A stretch of 64,000 nucleotides of DNA from Escherichia coli (GTDB lineage Bacteria; Pseudomonadota; Gammaproteobacteria; Enterobacterales; Enterobacteriaceae), in NCBI RefSeq assembly GCF_003019035.1, contig NZ_CP027447.1; one strand, given 5' to 3'. Within the stretch, counting starts at the first letter, position 1, and each line of letters opens with the position of its first letter. Below are positions 23,628 through 34,590 of this stretch, piece after piece. Below the pieces are notes generated by a model. That model was not told the origin of the DNA and ran no database searches. It saw only the letters and a program-made list of their open reading frames with translations. The position numbers and the translations under genes were made by a program.

Positions 23628-24830
23628 ATGACGCAATACTCCTCTCTCCTTCGTGGTCTTGCAGCGGGTTCTGCATTTTTATTCCTTTTTGCCCCAACGG
23701 CATTCGCGGCGGAACAAACCGTTGAAGCGCCGAGCGTGGATGCGCGTGCATGGATTTTAATGGATTACGCCAGCGGTAAAGTGCTGGCAGAAGGCAACGC
23801 GGATGAGAAACTGGATCCCGCGAGCCTGACTAAAATCATGACCAGCTATGTGGTTGGGCAGGCGCTTAAGGCCGATAAGATTAAACTCACCGATATGGTG
23901 ACGGTCGGTAAAGATGCCTGGGCGACGGGAAATCCGGCACTGCGTGGTTCATCGGTAATGTTCCTCAAACCGGGCGATCAGGTTTCGGTGGCAGACTTGA
24001 ACAAAGGTGTGATTATCCAGTCCGGTAATGACGCCTGTATTGCGCTGGCTGATTACGTTGCCGGGAGCCAGGAGTCATTTATTGGTTTGATGAATGGTTA
24101 TGCCAAAAAACTGGGTCTGACCAACACTACCTTCCAGACGGTGCACGGTCTGGATGCGCCGGGGCAGTTCAGTACCGCGCGCGATATGGCATTGCTGGGT
24201 AAAGCATTAATCCACGATGTGCCGGAAGAGTACGCCATTCATAAAGAGAAAGAGTTCACCTTCAACAAAATTCGTCAGCCTAACCGTAACCGTCTGCTGT
24301 GGAGCAGCAATCTGAATGTTGATGGCATGAAGACAGGAACCACTGCAGGCGCGGGATATAATCTGGTTGCTTCGGCTACCCAGGGTGATATGCGTTTAAT
24401 CTCCGTAGTGCTGGGGGCGAAAACTGACCGTATCCGTTTTAATGAGTCTGAGAAATTATTGACCTGGGGTTTCCGCTTCTTTGAAACCGTGACGCCAATT
24501 AAACCTGATGCCACCTTTGTGACTCAGCGCGTCTGGTTTGGTGATAAGAGCGAAGTGAATCTCGGGGCAGGTGAAGCGGGCTCAGTGACCATACCGCGTG
24601 GGCAGCTGAAAAACCTGAAAGCGAGTTATACGTTAACGGAACCGCAGCTTACCGCACCGCTGAAAAAAGGTCAGGTTGTCGGGACCATTGATTTCCAGCT
24701 TAACGGTAAATCCATTGAGCAGCGTCCGCTGATCGTGATGGAAAATGTGGAAGAGGGCGGATTCTTTGGTCGGATGTGGGATTTCGTGATGATGAAATTC
24801 CATCAGTGGTTCGGCAGCTGGTTCTCTTAA
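23628..24830 (+). CDS. dacC: D-alanyl-D-alanine carboxypeptidase (PBP6)
   Basis: Start at [11 protein letters not shown] gives 400 aa; signal peptide and SxxK active site (ASLTK). Confidence 0.92.
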   Translation: MTQYSSLLRGLAAGSAFLFLFAPTAFAAEQTVEAPSVDARAWILMDYASGKVLAEGNADEKLDPASLTKIMTSYVVGQALKADKIKLTDMVTVGKDAWATGNPALRGSSVMFLKPGDQVSVADLNKGVIIQSGNDACIALADYVAGSQESFIGLMNGYAKKLGLTNTTFQTVHGLDAPGQFSTARDMALLGKALIHDVPEEYAIHKEKEFTFNKIRQPNRNRLLWSSNLNVDGMKTGTTAGAGYNLVASATQGDMRLISVVLGAKTDRIRFNESEKLLTWGFRFFETVTPIKPDATFVTQRVWFGDKSEVNLGAGEAGSVTIPRGQLKNLKASYTLTEPQLTAPLKKGQVVGTIDFQLNGKSIEQRPLIVMENVEEGGFFGRMWDFVMMKFHQWFGSWFS

Positions 24831-24836
24831 TCTTCT

Positions 24837-24870
24837 GATAACCGGATGGCGCGAAACGTCATCCGGTTAT
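24837..24870. terminator. Hairpin between convergent dacC and deoR (putative bidirectional terminator)
   Basis: gataaccggatg ... catccggttat inverted repeat read directly. Confidence 0.45.
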
Positions 24871-24876
24871 ACTTCA

Positions 24877-25635
24877 TTAATACATCAACTTAATACGCTG
24901 CGTCTGCGCGTACTTCACATACTCATCTTCCGGGCAACAATCGCTCACCATAATATCAAAGCGTTTCAGGTCACCCATGCGCGCCGGACGCACCTTGCCA
25001 AATTTACTGTGGTCGACAACCAGCACATGCTTTTGCGCCATCGACATGGCCCAGTGTTTTACCGGCAACTCTTCAAGATTAAAACAGGTAGCGCCTTTAC
25101 TGACATGCACGCCCGCCGCAGAATAAAAAGCGATATCCGGGCAAAAATTATTCAGCGTTTGCTGAAAATCGATGGGTTTGAAAATGGCGTTGCTGGCGTG
25201 AAATTCACCACCACACAGAAACGCGCGGCAATGAGGTTTCTCTTTCAGCGCCAGAAAGGTATTTAGCGAATAACAAACGGCGGTAAAAGGGATTTCATTA
25301 TCAATCGCTTCAATAATCCACGGTGTAGTGGTGCCACAGTCAAAAAAGAGGGTCTGATCGGGTTCTACCATCGTCGCAGCCAGTTTTGCCGCCCGGCGTT
25401 TTTCTTCCACCAGGCGGGATTTTTGATCGCTTAACAGGTAATGGCTGGCACTGCGCGGTTCCAGAACAATATAGCCGCCGAGCAAAACGACGGGCGCACT
25501 GTGGTTGTTCAGATCGCGACGAATCGTCATCTCCGAAACCCCAAGCAGGGCGGCGGCGTCTTTAAGATGTAACTTATCGCTGCGTTTTAATTCTTGCAGC
25601 AGCTGCCCGATACGCTCTTCGCGACGTGTTTCCAT
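24877..25635 (-). CDS. deoR: DeoR-family transcriptional repressor of the deo operon
   Basis: 252-aa ORF; N-terminal HTH and DeoR C-terminal sugar-binding domain. Confidence 0.92.
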   Translation of the reverse strand: METRREERIGQLLQELKRSDKLHLKDAAALLGVSEMTIRRDLNNHSAPVVLLGGYIVLEPRSASHYLLSDQKSRLVEEKRRAAKLAATMVEPDQTLFFDCGTTTPWIIEAIDNEIPFTAVCYSLNTFLALKEKPHCRAFLCGGEFHASNAIFKPIDFQQTLNNFCPDIAFYSAAGVHVSKGATCFNLEELPVKHWAMSMAQKHVLVVDHSKFGKVRPARMGDLKRFDIMVSDCCPEDEYVKYAQTQRIKLMY

Positions 25636-25692
25636 AATCCCTCTGAATAGTTATTGAAGCGAGCCGCTCAATACTACACTTTTTAGCAGAGA

Positions 25693-26289
25693 TCAGTCAC
25701 GCACCCAGCCTTTGCGGATCGGTAATGCAAAACAGAAACGATACCACGATTGCAGACGTTGATAGAGTTTATGCCCCATCGCTTGCCAGATAATCTGGGC
25801 GCTAAGGCAGCCAATCATACCTGCCAGCAATCCACCGAGCATATCCAGCGGCCAGTGGACGCCAAGATAAACGCGCGACCAGGCAATGACGACGGCCAGC
25901 ACCATTAAAAGTGAGCCGGACCACAGGCGATGCCAGCATAAAAATGCCAGTGCAAAGGTGAAAATCACCGTACCGTGATCGCTCGGGAATGAGTCATCCG
26001 CCGCATGATGCAGGAAGTTATAGCCGATATTTTCGACAAAGGGTCGGTCGTGCGGAAAAAGATGCCCCATCGTCCAGGACACAAACAGGCTGACCGCCAG
26101 CGCGATAGCGATTTTTATCACCAGTTGCCGTTGTGCTGTAAGCCCCCACAACCAAAGTACTGCGGCCAGCAGCGGCACCACGGTAATCAAATCTTTAGCA
26201 ATAAAAATCGCCAACGAGATCATCCACGGCGCAGAGTCTGGCGTCGCGTTAATAAGAGAGAATAGAGAGAGATTCAAATTTTCCAGCAT
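25693..26289 (-). CDS. ybjG: Undecaprenyl-pyrophosphate phosphatase (PAP2 family)
   Basis: Start at MLENLNLSLF gives 198 aa; PAP2 motifs (PSDH ... SRVYLGVH). Confidence 0.9.
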   Translation of the reverse strand: MLENLNLSLFSLINATPDSAPWMISLAIFIAKDLITVVPLLAAVLWLWGLTAQRQLVIKIAIALAVSLFVSWTMGHLFPHDRPFVENIGYNFLHHAADDSFPSDHGTVIFTFALAFLCWHRLWSGSLLMVLAVVIAWSRVYLGVHWPLDMLGGLLAGMIGCLSAQIIWQAMGHKLYQRLQSWYRFCFALPIRKGWVRD

Positions 26290-26573
26290 AACTTCCCGAC
26301 GCAAAGTGATTAAAAGGGAGCCAATACAGGCAAGTCGTTGAGAATAAAGTGCAGGTTAAACTGGGTAAAGCGGCATCGTCTTATTTCCCTCAAGCGGCCT
26401 GTTTACGGTGGGTGATTGTAACGGGCATAGGTTAAATAAAACTTAAAGAAAGCGTAGCTATACTCGCAATAATGTAAGAATGTGCTTAACCGTGGTTTCA
26501 GCTACAAAATTTGCTTTCTCGTTAGCTGCGCTTTTATTAAACTTTGCGCGATTATTATTGGCGAAGAAATTGC

Positions 26574-27806
26574 ATGCAAAATAAATTAGCTTCCGGTGCC
26601 AGGCTTGGACGTCAGGCGTTACTTTTCCCTCTCTGTCTGGTGCTTTACGAATTTTCAACCTATATCGGCAACGATATGATTCAACCCGGTATGTTGGCCG
26701 TGGTGGAACAATATCAGGCGGGCATTGATTGGGTTCCTACTTCGATGACCGCGTATCTGGCGGGCGGGATGTTTTTACAATGGCTCCTGGGGCCGCTGTC
26801 GGATCGTATTGGTCGCCGTCCGGTGATGCTGGCGGGAGTGGTGTGGTTTATCGTCACCTGTCTGGCAATATTACTGGCGCAAAACATTGAACAATTCACC
26901 CTGTTGCGCTTCTTGCAGGGCATAAGCCTCTGTTTCATTGGCGCTGTGGGATACGCCGCAATTCAGGAATCCTTCGAAGAGGCGGTTTGTATCAAGATCA
27001 CCGCGCTGATGGCGAACGTGGCGCTGATTGCTCCGCTACTTGGTCCGCTGGTGGGCGCGGCGTGGATCCATGTGCTGCCCTGGGAGGGGATGTTTGTCTT
27101 GTTTGCCGCATTGGCAGCGATCTCCTTTTTCGGTCTACAACGAGCCATGCCTGAAACCGCCACGCGTATAGGCGAGAAACTGTCGCTGAAAGAACTCGGT
27201 CGTGACTATAAGCTGGTGCTGAAGAACGGTCGCTTTGTGGCGGGGGCGCTGGCGCTGGGATTCGTTAGCCTGCCATTGCTGGCGTGGATCGCCCAGTCGC
27301 CGATTATCATCATTACCGGCGAGCAGTTGAGCAGCTATGAATATGGTTTGCTGCAAGTGCCTATTTTCGGGGCGTTAATTGCGGGTAACTTGCTGTTAGC
27401 GCGTCTGACCTCGCGCCGCACCGTACGTTCGCTGATTATTATGGGCGGCTGGCCGATTATGATTGGTCTGTTGGTCGCTGCTGCGGCAACGGTTATCTCA
27501 TCGCATGCGTATTTATGGATGACCGCCGGGTTAAGTCTTTATGCTTTCGGTATTGGTCTGGCGAATGCGGGACTGGTGCGATTAACCCTGTTTGCCAGCG
27601 ATATGAGTAAAGGTACGGTTTCTGCGGCGATGGGGATGCTGCAAATGCTGATCTTTACCGTCGGTATTGAAATCAGCAAACATGCCTGGCTGAACGGGGG
27701 CAACGGACTGTTTAATCTCTTCAACCTTGTCAACGGCATTTTGTGGCTGTTGCTGATGGTTATCTTTTTAAAAGATAAACAGATGGGAAATTCGCACGAA
27801 GGGTAA
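26574..27806 (+). CDS. mdfA: MFS multidrug efflux transporter
   Basis: Start at [14 protein letters not shown] gives 410 aa; 12-TM MFS protein. Confidence 0.92.
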   Translation: MQNKLASGARLGRQALLFPLCLVLYEFSTYIGNDMIQPGMLAVVEQYQAGIDWVPTSMTAYLAGGMFLQWLLGPLSDRIGRRPVMLAGVVWFIVTCLAILLAQNIEQFTLLRFLQGISLCFIGAVGYAAIQESFEEAVCIKITALMANVALIAPLLGPLVGAAWIHVLPWEGMFVLFAALAAISFFGLQRAMPETATRIGEKLSLKELGRDYKLVLKNGRFVAGALALGFVSLPLLAWIAQSPIIIITGEQLSSYEYGLLQVPIFGALIAGNLLLARLTSRRTVRSLIIMGGWPIMIGLLVAAAATVISSHAYLWMTAGLSLYAFGIGLANAGLVRLTLFASDMSKGTVSAAMGMLQMLIFTVGIEISKHAWLNGGNGLFNLFNLVNGILWLLLMVIFLKDKQMGNSHEG

Positions 27807-27809
27807 AAA

Positions 27810-27840
27810 AATGCCTGATTGCTTTGTGCGATCAGGCATT
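27810..27840 (-). terminator. Rho-independent terminator after ybjH
   Basis: aatgcctgat ... atcaggcatt stem; on the minus strand it is followed by TTTTTTACCC. Confidence 0.55.
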
Positions 27841-27846
27841 CTCAAA

Positions 27847-28131
27847 TTAATGGTGATGGTCGTCAATCTGGTGTTCGATAACCATCCCTTCACCTACGCT
27901 GGCAAGATGGCGAACATAAGGATGCGGGCGGTAAGCCGGAGCTGGCGCAGGAGCCACATAGACGGTTTGCGGCACAGTCGCGACGCTGACCGCTTGTGGA
28001 ACGCTGACTGAATCAGGAACCACAACCACTTTGTATCCACTCGGCACATCGACGGTGACACTTTGCGCCATCGCCACACCAGTAAAGCCCATTAAAAGCG
28101 CGCCCAACAGTAGACAATTTTTCATAATCAT
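27847..28131 (-). CDS. ybjH: Small secreted protein YbjH
   Basis: Start at MIMKNCLLLGALLMGFTGVAMA (signal peptide); 94 aa. Confidence 0.85.
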   Translation of the reverse strand: MIMKNCLLLGALLMGFTGVAMAQSVTVDVPSGYKVVVVPDSVSVPQAVSVATVPQTVYVAPAPAPAYRPHPYVRHLASVGEGMVIEHQIDDHHH

Positions 28132-28215
28132 TTCGCCTGAAATAATGCAGCGGGTTAATTTCCGCGAATTATGCAATCTTCATTCAGGCATTGTGTTGCC
28201 GGGCGTGCTGCCGTT

Positions 28216-29031
28216 TTATTGGTTAAATGGCGCTTCGTGTTTAAGCACTTTATCGATCACATCCAGTACGCCTTCACGGTTATTGGAGCCTGCCCGGTAT
28301 TTTGCCGCTGCGACGACCGCGTTGCCGGCATTTTCCATTGCAAAACTAAAGCCTGCCTGACGCAGCATCTCAATATCGTTACCGCCATCGCCAAAGACCA
28401 CCACTTCGCTGTCGTCTATTCCCCATAATTTCTGCAGTTGGCGAAGGCCATTGGCTTTATGTATGCCGGGGATAATCAGATCGATGCTGCCGTTGCCGGT
28501 GTGGACCGGCACCATAATATCGCCGATGGCCTCATGTAATGCTTTTTGTACTTGTGGAATCAGTTCATCGGAAAGATTCAGACCAAACTTAAAGAAGATA
28601 TCTTCTAAGTTGTCAAAGTTATCGACGTATTCCAGACGGTGATAATACATTTCCGCCACCGTTTTCATGGCATCGTCATATTTTTTGAGGGTATAGGCGC
28701 TATTTTTTCCGCAGGCAATAATTTCCACTTCCGGGCGCGTCAGCAAATGTTCCACGACAGTAGCAAACGCATCCTTCGACAGCTCGCCATTAAAAACATC
28801 TTTGCCTTCGCTCACTACCCAGCCGCCGTTTTCAGCCACAAAGGCTATTTCATTAGCAATTTCCGGAAAGAAAGAGATCAACTGATAATATTGATTCCCG
28901 CTGGCGACCACAAAGCGAATGCCTTGTGCTTTCATTTGCTGATACTGAGCCATAAACCGCTCACGGTTATAGGTTTTTTGATCGCTTAAGAAAGTACCAT
29001 CCATGTCTACCGCAATTAATTTAATGCTCAT
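28216..29031 (-). CDS. ybjI: HAD-superfamily phosphatase (Cof-like; paralog of ybiV)
   Basis: 271-aa ORF; DMDGT and GDGGND HAD motifs; clearly paralogous to the ybiV product in this window. Confidence 0.9.
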   Translation of the reverse strand: MSIKLIAVDMDGTFLSDQKTYNRERFMAQYQQMKAQGIRFVVASGNQYYQLISFFPEIANEIAFVAENGGWVVSEGKDVFNGELSKDAFATVVEHLLTRPEVEIIACGKNSAYTLKKYDDAMKTVAEMYYHRLEYVDNFDNLEDIFFKFGLNLSDELIPQVQKALHEAIGDIMVPVHTGNGSIDLIIPGIHKANGLRQLQKLWGIDDSEVVVFGDGGNDIEMLRQAGFSFAMENAGNAVVAAAKYRAGSNNREGVLDVIDKVLKHEAPFNQ

Positions 29032-30239
29032 CAACTATTCTCCATCGCCGTCTGCGTTTTGGTATCGGGTTTGGCGACGGCTTTCGCGACAATAGCCGCG
29101 AGAATAACCAGCGCCAGTACAACCAGCATTGCACTACGTAATCCATAATGTTCGCCGAGATAGCCCAGTAGCGGCGGCCCGACGAGGAAAGCCAGATAAC
29201 CGGTCGTTGCTACCACACTGACGCGGGTTGGTGCATCGGGGCCGGTATCGCTGGCGGCAGAAATGGTCAGCGGGAAGCCCAGCGAGGCACCTAGTCCCCA
29301 AAGTACAACAGACACTCCTGCGACCCAGGCGCTATCGACAAAAATAATCAGCCCAATACCCAACGCCCCCATTAGTGCACTGGCCCGAACCACGGCAACG
29401 CGACTGTAACGGTCGATGAACCAACCGCCGGTGAAGCGTCCAACGGTCATCCCCAGGGTAAAACCGGCATAAATCAGCGAGCCGGAAGTAGGACTAAAAC
29501 CGTGACCGTCAACCATTAATAAGGGTAACCAGTCGTTGGCAGAACCTTCGGCAAAGGCCATCGCCAGCACCACAACACCAATCAACAGCAACTGGATATC
29601 GCGATAAAAAGGTACGCCTTTTTCGCCATGCTGGGTGCCATCGGCAGCATTTTTGCCCGTACCGTCAGGGATTGCCTGAATGGCGATATAAATAGGTGCG
29701 ATGCCTACCAGCGCCGCCAATAAAATATGCACCGTTGCCGGAACGCCAAAGGCCGTCAGTGCCATCCCGACACCAGCGCCTGCCAGCGTGCCCAGGCTAT
29801 AAAAACCGTGCATCATCGGCAAAACCGTTTTATTCATTTCTCGCTCAACGGCGGCACCTTCAACGTTTATCGCCACTTCCGCAGAACCAAAACTTGCCCC
29901 AAAGACGCCGAGACCAACCGCGAAGAGCAGGGGCGATGTCAGCCAGAGTGCCAGACTTAGTATCATCATCCCGATCAATGCGCAGGACATCGTGACCAGG
30001 ATGACATTACGCGTCCCAAAGCGTTTCACTAACCACGCCGAGCAGAGAATACCGCTCATTGAACCGATCGACAGACCAAAGAGGACTCCACCCATTTCAG
30101 CGATCGAGACAGAAAGAATATCGCGGATAGCAGGCGTACGGGTTGCCCAGGACGCCATTAACAGGCCCGGCAAAAAGAAGAACATAAACAGCGCCCAGGT
30201 TCGGCGTTTCAATGCATTACGTGAAGAATTTACGGTCAT
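29031..30239 (-). CDS. ybjJ: MFS-family inner-membrane transporter
   Basis: 402-aa hydrophobic multi-TM ORF. Confidence 0.88.
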
Positions 30240-30322
30240 AGATCACGTCAAAATAAGAAGAGGGAAGACAACATTAGCAAGGTTGTGTACATTTGTACAC
30301 AATTGCAGAGAGAGGAAATGAC

Positions 30323-30859
30323 ATGCGTCGCGCTAACGATCCGCAACGGCGAGAAAAAATTATCCAGGCCACGCTGGAGGCGGTGAAACTTTATGGAATA
30401 CATGCTGTTACGCACCGCAAAATCGCTACCCTTGCCGGGGTACCGTTGGGGTCGATGACCTACTATTTTTCAGGAATTGATGAGTTGTTGCTGGAGGCGT
30501 TCAGCAGTTTTACTGAGATCATGTCCCGGCAATATCAGGCATTTTTTAGCGATGTTAGTGATGCTCAAGGCGCATGCCAGGCTATCACCGATATGATCTA
30601 CAGCTCACAGGTGGCAACGCCGGATAATATGGAGCTGATGTACCAGCTCTACGCGCTGGCTAGCCGAAAACCGCTATTAAAAACGGTAATGCAAAACTGG
30701 ATGCAGCGCAGTCAGCAAACGCTCGAACAATGGTTTGAACCCGGAACCGCCCGCGCGCTTGATGCGTTTATTGAGGGGATGACGCTGCATTTTGTCACCG
30801 ACCGTAAGCCGCTATCGCGCGAGGAGATTTTGAGGATGGTTGAGAGGGTTGCAGGGTAG
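30323..30859 (+). CDS. rcdA: TetR-family transcriptional regulator RcdA
   Basis: Start at [10 protein letters not shown] gives 178 aa; N-terminal TetR HTH. Confidence 0.9.
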   Translation: MRRANDPQRREKIIQATLEAVKLYGIHAVTHRKIATLAGVPLGSMTYYFSGIDELLLEAFSSFTEIMSRQYQAFFSDVSDAQGACQAITDMIYSSQVATPDNMELMYQLYALASRKPLLKTVMQNWMQRSQQTLEQWFEPGTARALDAFIEGMTLHFVTDRKPLSREEILRMVERVAG

Positions 30860-30963
30860 TAGATAAATTTCAGGCAACAAAAAACCCACTTATCTAAATG
30901 GGTTAATAAAAACAATAAGTTAGATAAAAAACAATAACTTAATGTGGTGGTCAGTGGTGGTTA

Positions 30964-32016
30964 TTATGGGGTAATGCCAACCGCTGCCGCCACTTTGTCG
31001 CCATTTGGTAACGTTGCCAGTGGATTGAAACGGAGCGCCGTTTCCAAATGATCCAGTGCCAGATGTGCATAACGCATAGTCATTTTTATATCGTGGTGTC
31101 CGAGAATTTTTTGTAAGGCCAAGATGTTTCCACCCGACATCATGAAGTGCGCCGCAAACGTATGGCGCAGAACGTGTGTCAGTTGACCGCGAGGGAGAAC
31201 GATAGACGTTTTTTCCATCACGGATAAAAATTGAAAATAGCAGTCTGTGAAGAAATTGAACCCATCGAGCGCCATGATCTCTTCATAAAGCTCTTTACTG
31301 ATAGGGATGCTTCTGTTTTTCTTCCCCTTCGTTCTCACAAAGGTGATTCGGTACTTGGTGACCTGTGAGCGGGTAAGATTGATTGCTTCTCGCCAACGTG
31401 CGCCTGTACTTAGACATATTTTTACCACCAGTGCCAGAATTGGGTTCTGACGTTTGCAGTCAGACAGTAATTCGATGATCTGCTCATGTGTAAGCCATGC
31501 CATTTCCTTTTCTGCGATAGTGAATTTGCGCATCTTCTCTAATGGGTTTGGAAGTGTCCATTCACCCAGGCGGGAAAGTTCTCTGAAAACGCTGCTTAGA
31601 TGGCTTTGCTCCAGGTTAACAGTAACTGGGCTTGCTCCTTTCTTCCATTTTTCACTGAAGTAGATTTCACCAGTAAGGCGTTTATCGCGATAGTGAGCAA
31701 ACATTTTTGAGGTGAGATCGGTTGCAAGGGGATTTCCCAAGGCGTCAACCATCAACAGCAGCTTGTTGTAGACATGCTGTCCGGCAGTAAGAGATTTGCC
31801 ATGTAATTTGAACCATAGCTCAACCATATCTTTCAGTGTCCGACGATCCACTGATTCGCCCAGCCAGGGCTTTGCTTCTATTTCCCCCATGGTGTATCGC
31901 TCGAAGGCCAGTGCTTCGCCTTTGGTGGCGAATTGTTTACGCACACGACGCCCATTACGTCCGGCGGGGTAACATTCGCAAAGCCATTTCCCTGTGGTGA
32001 GTTTTCGTACTGCCAT
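30964..32016 (-). CDS. int: Phage tyrosine integrase (P2 Int-like)
   Basis: Start chosen at MAVRKLTTGKW; C-terminal catalytic region (HVLRHTFAAHFMMSGGNILALQKILGHHDIKMTMRYAHL) carries the tyrosine-recombinase R-H-R-Y signature. Confidence 0.88.
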   Translation of the reverse strand: MAVRKLTTGKWLCECYPAGRNGRRVRKQFATKGEALAFERYTMGEIEAKPWLGESVDRRTLKDMVELWFKLHGKSLTAGQHVYNKLLLMVDALGNPLATDLTSKMFAHYRDKRLTGEIYFSEKWKKGASPVTVNLEQSHLSSVFRELSRLGEWTLPNPLEKMRKFTIAEKEMAWLTHEQIIELLSDCKRQNPILALVVKICLSTGARWREAINLTRSQVTKYRITFVRTKGKKNRSIPISKELYEEIMALDGFNFFTDCYFQFLSVMEKTSIVLPRGQLTHVLRHTFAAHFMMSGGNILALQKILGHHDIKMTMRYAHLALDHLETALRFNPLATLPNGDKVAAAVGITP

Positions 32017-32204
32017 AAAAAATGCCCTCCAGTAGAGAGCATTTTCACTGTATGTATAACCAGTGTCAATGTATGAAATCCTACGACCATACATCTCACT
32101 GAAGCCATAATTAAGTTGGCTATTCTTTTTGCTATGTGAGCATGTAACTTTTGCGGTTAACCTGCGGCTCATTTTTATTTTAGGCGCAGATATAAAAGCA
32201 AAAG

Positions 32205-32396
32205 TTATCGTGAGTTTTTAGTACAGATTTTTTTGGATTTACTAATAGTTCCATCATTGCAAACGAATTTGCCATCTGAGGTACAGTGAGAAACACCTCC
32301 CTTTTTCCCTGAACAGGGATAATTTCTAGCATAGGTAGTTAGTGGGTTTAATAACAAAGAACATGAAAAAACCACAAAAAATACCTTACCAAGCAT
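32205..32396 (-). CDS. Small Cys-rich secreted protein of unknown function, between cI and int
   Basis: 63-aa ORF with strong RBS (GGGAGG); N-terminal signal peptide and four cysteines in the mature part; starts 16 bp after the cI stop on the same strand. Confidence 0.5.
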   Translation of the reverse strand: MLGKVFFVVFSCSLLLNPLTTYARNYPCSGKKGGVSHCTSDGKFVCNDGTISKSKKICTKNSR

Positions 32397-32411
32397 AGTT
32401 TCCTCCCGGTA

Positions 32412-32987
32412 CTATTTAACATACTTGACTGTTAAACTTATAATTTTACCAATTATTTCAATGTCTTCTATCTTGCATTCGAACGCTCTGTTTCCACCCT
32501 CGACGAAGATTCTTCCACCGGGTAAACGAGTAATGTCACGGATCGTTATTTCACCATCAATACTTATTACCCATTTACCATCACGTATATCATCAAATTC
32601 CTTATCACAAATAAATTCAGAATTATTATCTGTGATTACAAAAAGACTCTTGAATGCCGACGGTAGAAATCCCCTATCGAAAATATAAAAACCGTCTTCA
32701 CACAAGGCACCATCAGATAATACATATTTAGCAACTTCCATAGTATTTGTATTACCTGAAGTTTGCTTTGAACCATGTCCGGTTGTGAGCCAATTAAGCG
32801 AGGTGCCCGTTTCAAGGGCGCATTGGATTACCCATTCTGCTGGGAATGAGTCACGCATGTAGCGTGTGGCGAGTGTACTTTTAGAGATTCCTAAATGATC
32901 GCACAACGCCTGTCGAGTTTTGAATCCATAAGCTTCTACCATGCGCTCTATAGCGCCTCGTCCGCCTTTCTCCAAATTCATGGTCAC
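32412..32987 (-). CDS. cI: Prophage repressor CI (186 CI-like)
   Basis: 191-aa ORF; N-terminal HTH (LCDHLGISKSTLATRYMRD); divergent from apl/cII as in phage 186. Confidence 0.85.
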   Translation of the reverse strand: MTMNLEKGGRGAIERMVEAYGFKTRQALCDHLGISKSTLATRYMRDSFPAEWVIQCALETGTSLNWLTTGHGSKQTSGNTNTMEVAKYVLSDGALCEDGFYIFDRGFLPSAFKSLFVITDNNSEFICDKEFDDIRDGKWVISIDGEITIRDITRLPGGRIFVEGGNRAFECKIEDIEIIGKIISLTVKYVK

Positions 32988-33106
32988 TCCAAGTGAACTT
33001 TTATCTTGACGATTTCACTGTGCGATCGTATGTTTATGATGTTCACAAAATACAAACGATCCGTATTCGTCCTGATTAATCATCATTAAACGAGGAATGT
33101 TGCATC

Positions 33107-33328
33107 ATGAGACCTAACATTTCAATCACTCTTACCACGCCTCATGTGACTATTGAACGCTATAGCGAGCTGACAGGGCTGTCCATCGATACCATCAATG
33201 ACATGTTGGCTGACGGACGCCTTATCCGTCACCGTCTGCGCAAAGATAAAAAACGCGAAAAAGTGATGATCAACATAGCAGCCATGACCGTTGATGCGCT
33301 TTCAGAATGCAATCTAAACCTTAATTAG
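33107..33328 (+). CDS. apl: Apl/Cox-like excisionase and early regulator
   Basis: 73-aa ORF divergent from cI, first gene of the rightward early operon. Confidence 0.65.
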   Translation: MRPNISITLTTPHVTIERYSELTGLSIDTINDMLADGRLIRHRLRKDKKREKVMINIAAMTVDALSECNLNLN

Positions 33329-33360
33329 TTCGATTCTGAAATACATCAGAGGCATTGACC

Positions 33361-33870
33361 ATGTTTGATTACCAAGTTTCCAAACATCCACATTTTGATG
33401 AAGCCTGTCGTGCATTCGCACTGCGCCACAACCTGGTGCAACTGGCAGAACGTGCGGGCATGAATGTGCAGATTCTGCGGAACAAGCTGAACCCTGCTCA
33501 ACCTCATTTATTAACCGCACCAGAAATCTGGCTGCTTACCGATCTGACTGAAGATTCAACGTTGGTAGATGGTTTTCTGGCACAGATTCATTGTCTGCCA
33601 TGTGTACCGATTAATGAGGTGGCAAAAGAGAAACTGCCGCATTACGTCATGAGCGCAACTGCAGAGATCGGGCGTGTTGCAGCAGGTGCGGTATCTGGTG
33701 ATGTAAAAACCAGTGCCGGTCGTCGTGATGCTATCAGCAGCATTAACTCTGTAACACGACTGATGGCGCTGGCTGCTGTTTCATTGCAGGCCCGTTTACA
33801 GGCTAATCCTGCGATGGCGAGTGCAGTTGATACCGTGACTGGCCTCGGTGCTTCATTCGGTTTGCTGTGA
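33361..33870 (+). CDS. cII: CII-like lysogeny establishment activator (186 CII family)
   Basis: Start at [20 protein letters not shown] gives 169 aa; strongly resembles recalled 186 CII. Confidence 0.85.
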   Translation: MFDYQVSKHPHFDEACRAFALRHNLVQLAERAGMNVQILRNKLNPAQPHLLTAPEIWLLTDLTEDSTLVDGFLAQIHCLPCVPINEVAKEKLPHYVMSATAEIGRVAAGAVSGDVKTSAGRRDAISSINSVTRLMALAAVSLQARLQANPAMASAVDTVTGLGASFGLL

Positions 33871-33877
33871 GGTGCTT

Positions 33878-34174
33878 ATGCTGACGAAAGAACCATCATT
33901 TGCATCGCTGCTGGTAAAACAAAGTCCGGCAATGCACTACGGTCACGGCTGGATCATGGGTGAGGATGGTAAACGCTGGCATCCGTGCCGTTCACAAGAT
34001 GAATTGCTGTCTGAATTGACCACGAGGAAACGGAGAAAGTCCAAATGTATGCGGCAGAAAATGAAGTGGTTTATCACTTTCGTTACAGAGGGGAGAATTA
34101 TTCAGTACCTGAAGATGATTTGCTCTGTTGCTATCCGTCGTTGTCGGGCGATGGTAGCTACTTTTTCACGCTAA
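33878..34174 (+). CDS. Fil-like early protein (possible host cell-division inhibitor); 3' extent uncertain
   Basis: ORF beginning MLTKEPSFASLLVKQSP at the position of 186 fil; its 3' part overlaps the next ORF in another frame. Confidence 0.4.
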   Translation: MLTKEPSFASLLVKQSPAMHYGHGWIMGEDGKRWHPCRSQDELLSELTTRKRRKSKCMRQKMKWFITFVTEGRIIQYLKMICSVAIRRCRAMVATFSR

Positions 34175-34269
34175 AGGATGGAACCTTTATACGTGGTGAA
34201 AAAGTACAAGAAGTGATGCGTATAAAGACATCACCTCTTGAACGTTATCGGCGAAATATTTATCGGTAA
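34045..34269 (+). CDS. Hypothetical early-region protein
   Basis: 74-aa ORF (MYAAENEVVYHFRYRGENYSVPEDDLL...); no motif recognised. Confidence 0.4.
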   Translation: MYAAENEVVYHFRYRGENYSVPEDDLLCCYPSLSGDGSYFFTLKDGTFIRGEKVQEVMRIKTSPLERYRRNIYR

Positions 34270-34508
34270 CGATCTATCAGTGTCTGTATCAGATGAGTGA
34301 ATTCTTGTTGTTTAACCGAACCTAAAGGAAGTTTGTTTAATTCTTCGCGGAGGAGCTCAAAAAATGCTGATTGATTTGCTGAGTCAGTTCGAAATAAGGA
34401 GTGGATCAGACCTGAAACAAGAATTCGTTGAACAGCAACCTCATCGCGAAGACTGGAGATCTCGTTTTCAAGTTGCTCTATACGCTCTCTTTCAACCGGG
34501 TTCAACAT
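34260..34508 (-). CDS. Hypothetical small protein, oriented against the early operon
   Basis: 82-aa ORF with an AGGA RBS 7 nt upstream of its ATG; charged, helical-looking sequence. Confidence 0.35.
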   Translation of the reverse strand: MLNPVERERIEQLENEISSLRDEVAVQRILVSGLIHSLFRTDSANQSAFFELLREELNKLPLGSVKQQEFTHLIQTLIDRYR

Positions 34509-34590
34509 TGATGATTCCTTCTAGCTATCAATATGTTGGTAATGGATCATATCAAAAATTTTTTAGTAGATGTGTTGTGGGGATGCATAA

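Noticed and set aside
30883-30904. Hairpin aaccca-N10-tgggtt after rcdA, considered as a terminator
   Set aside because: Short stem with a 10-nt loop and no clean U-tract on the plus strand; noted only as part of the att junction interval.
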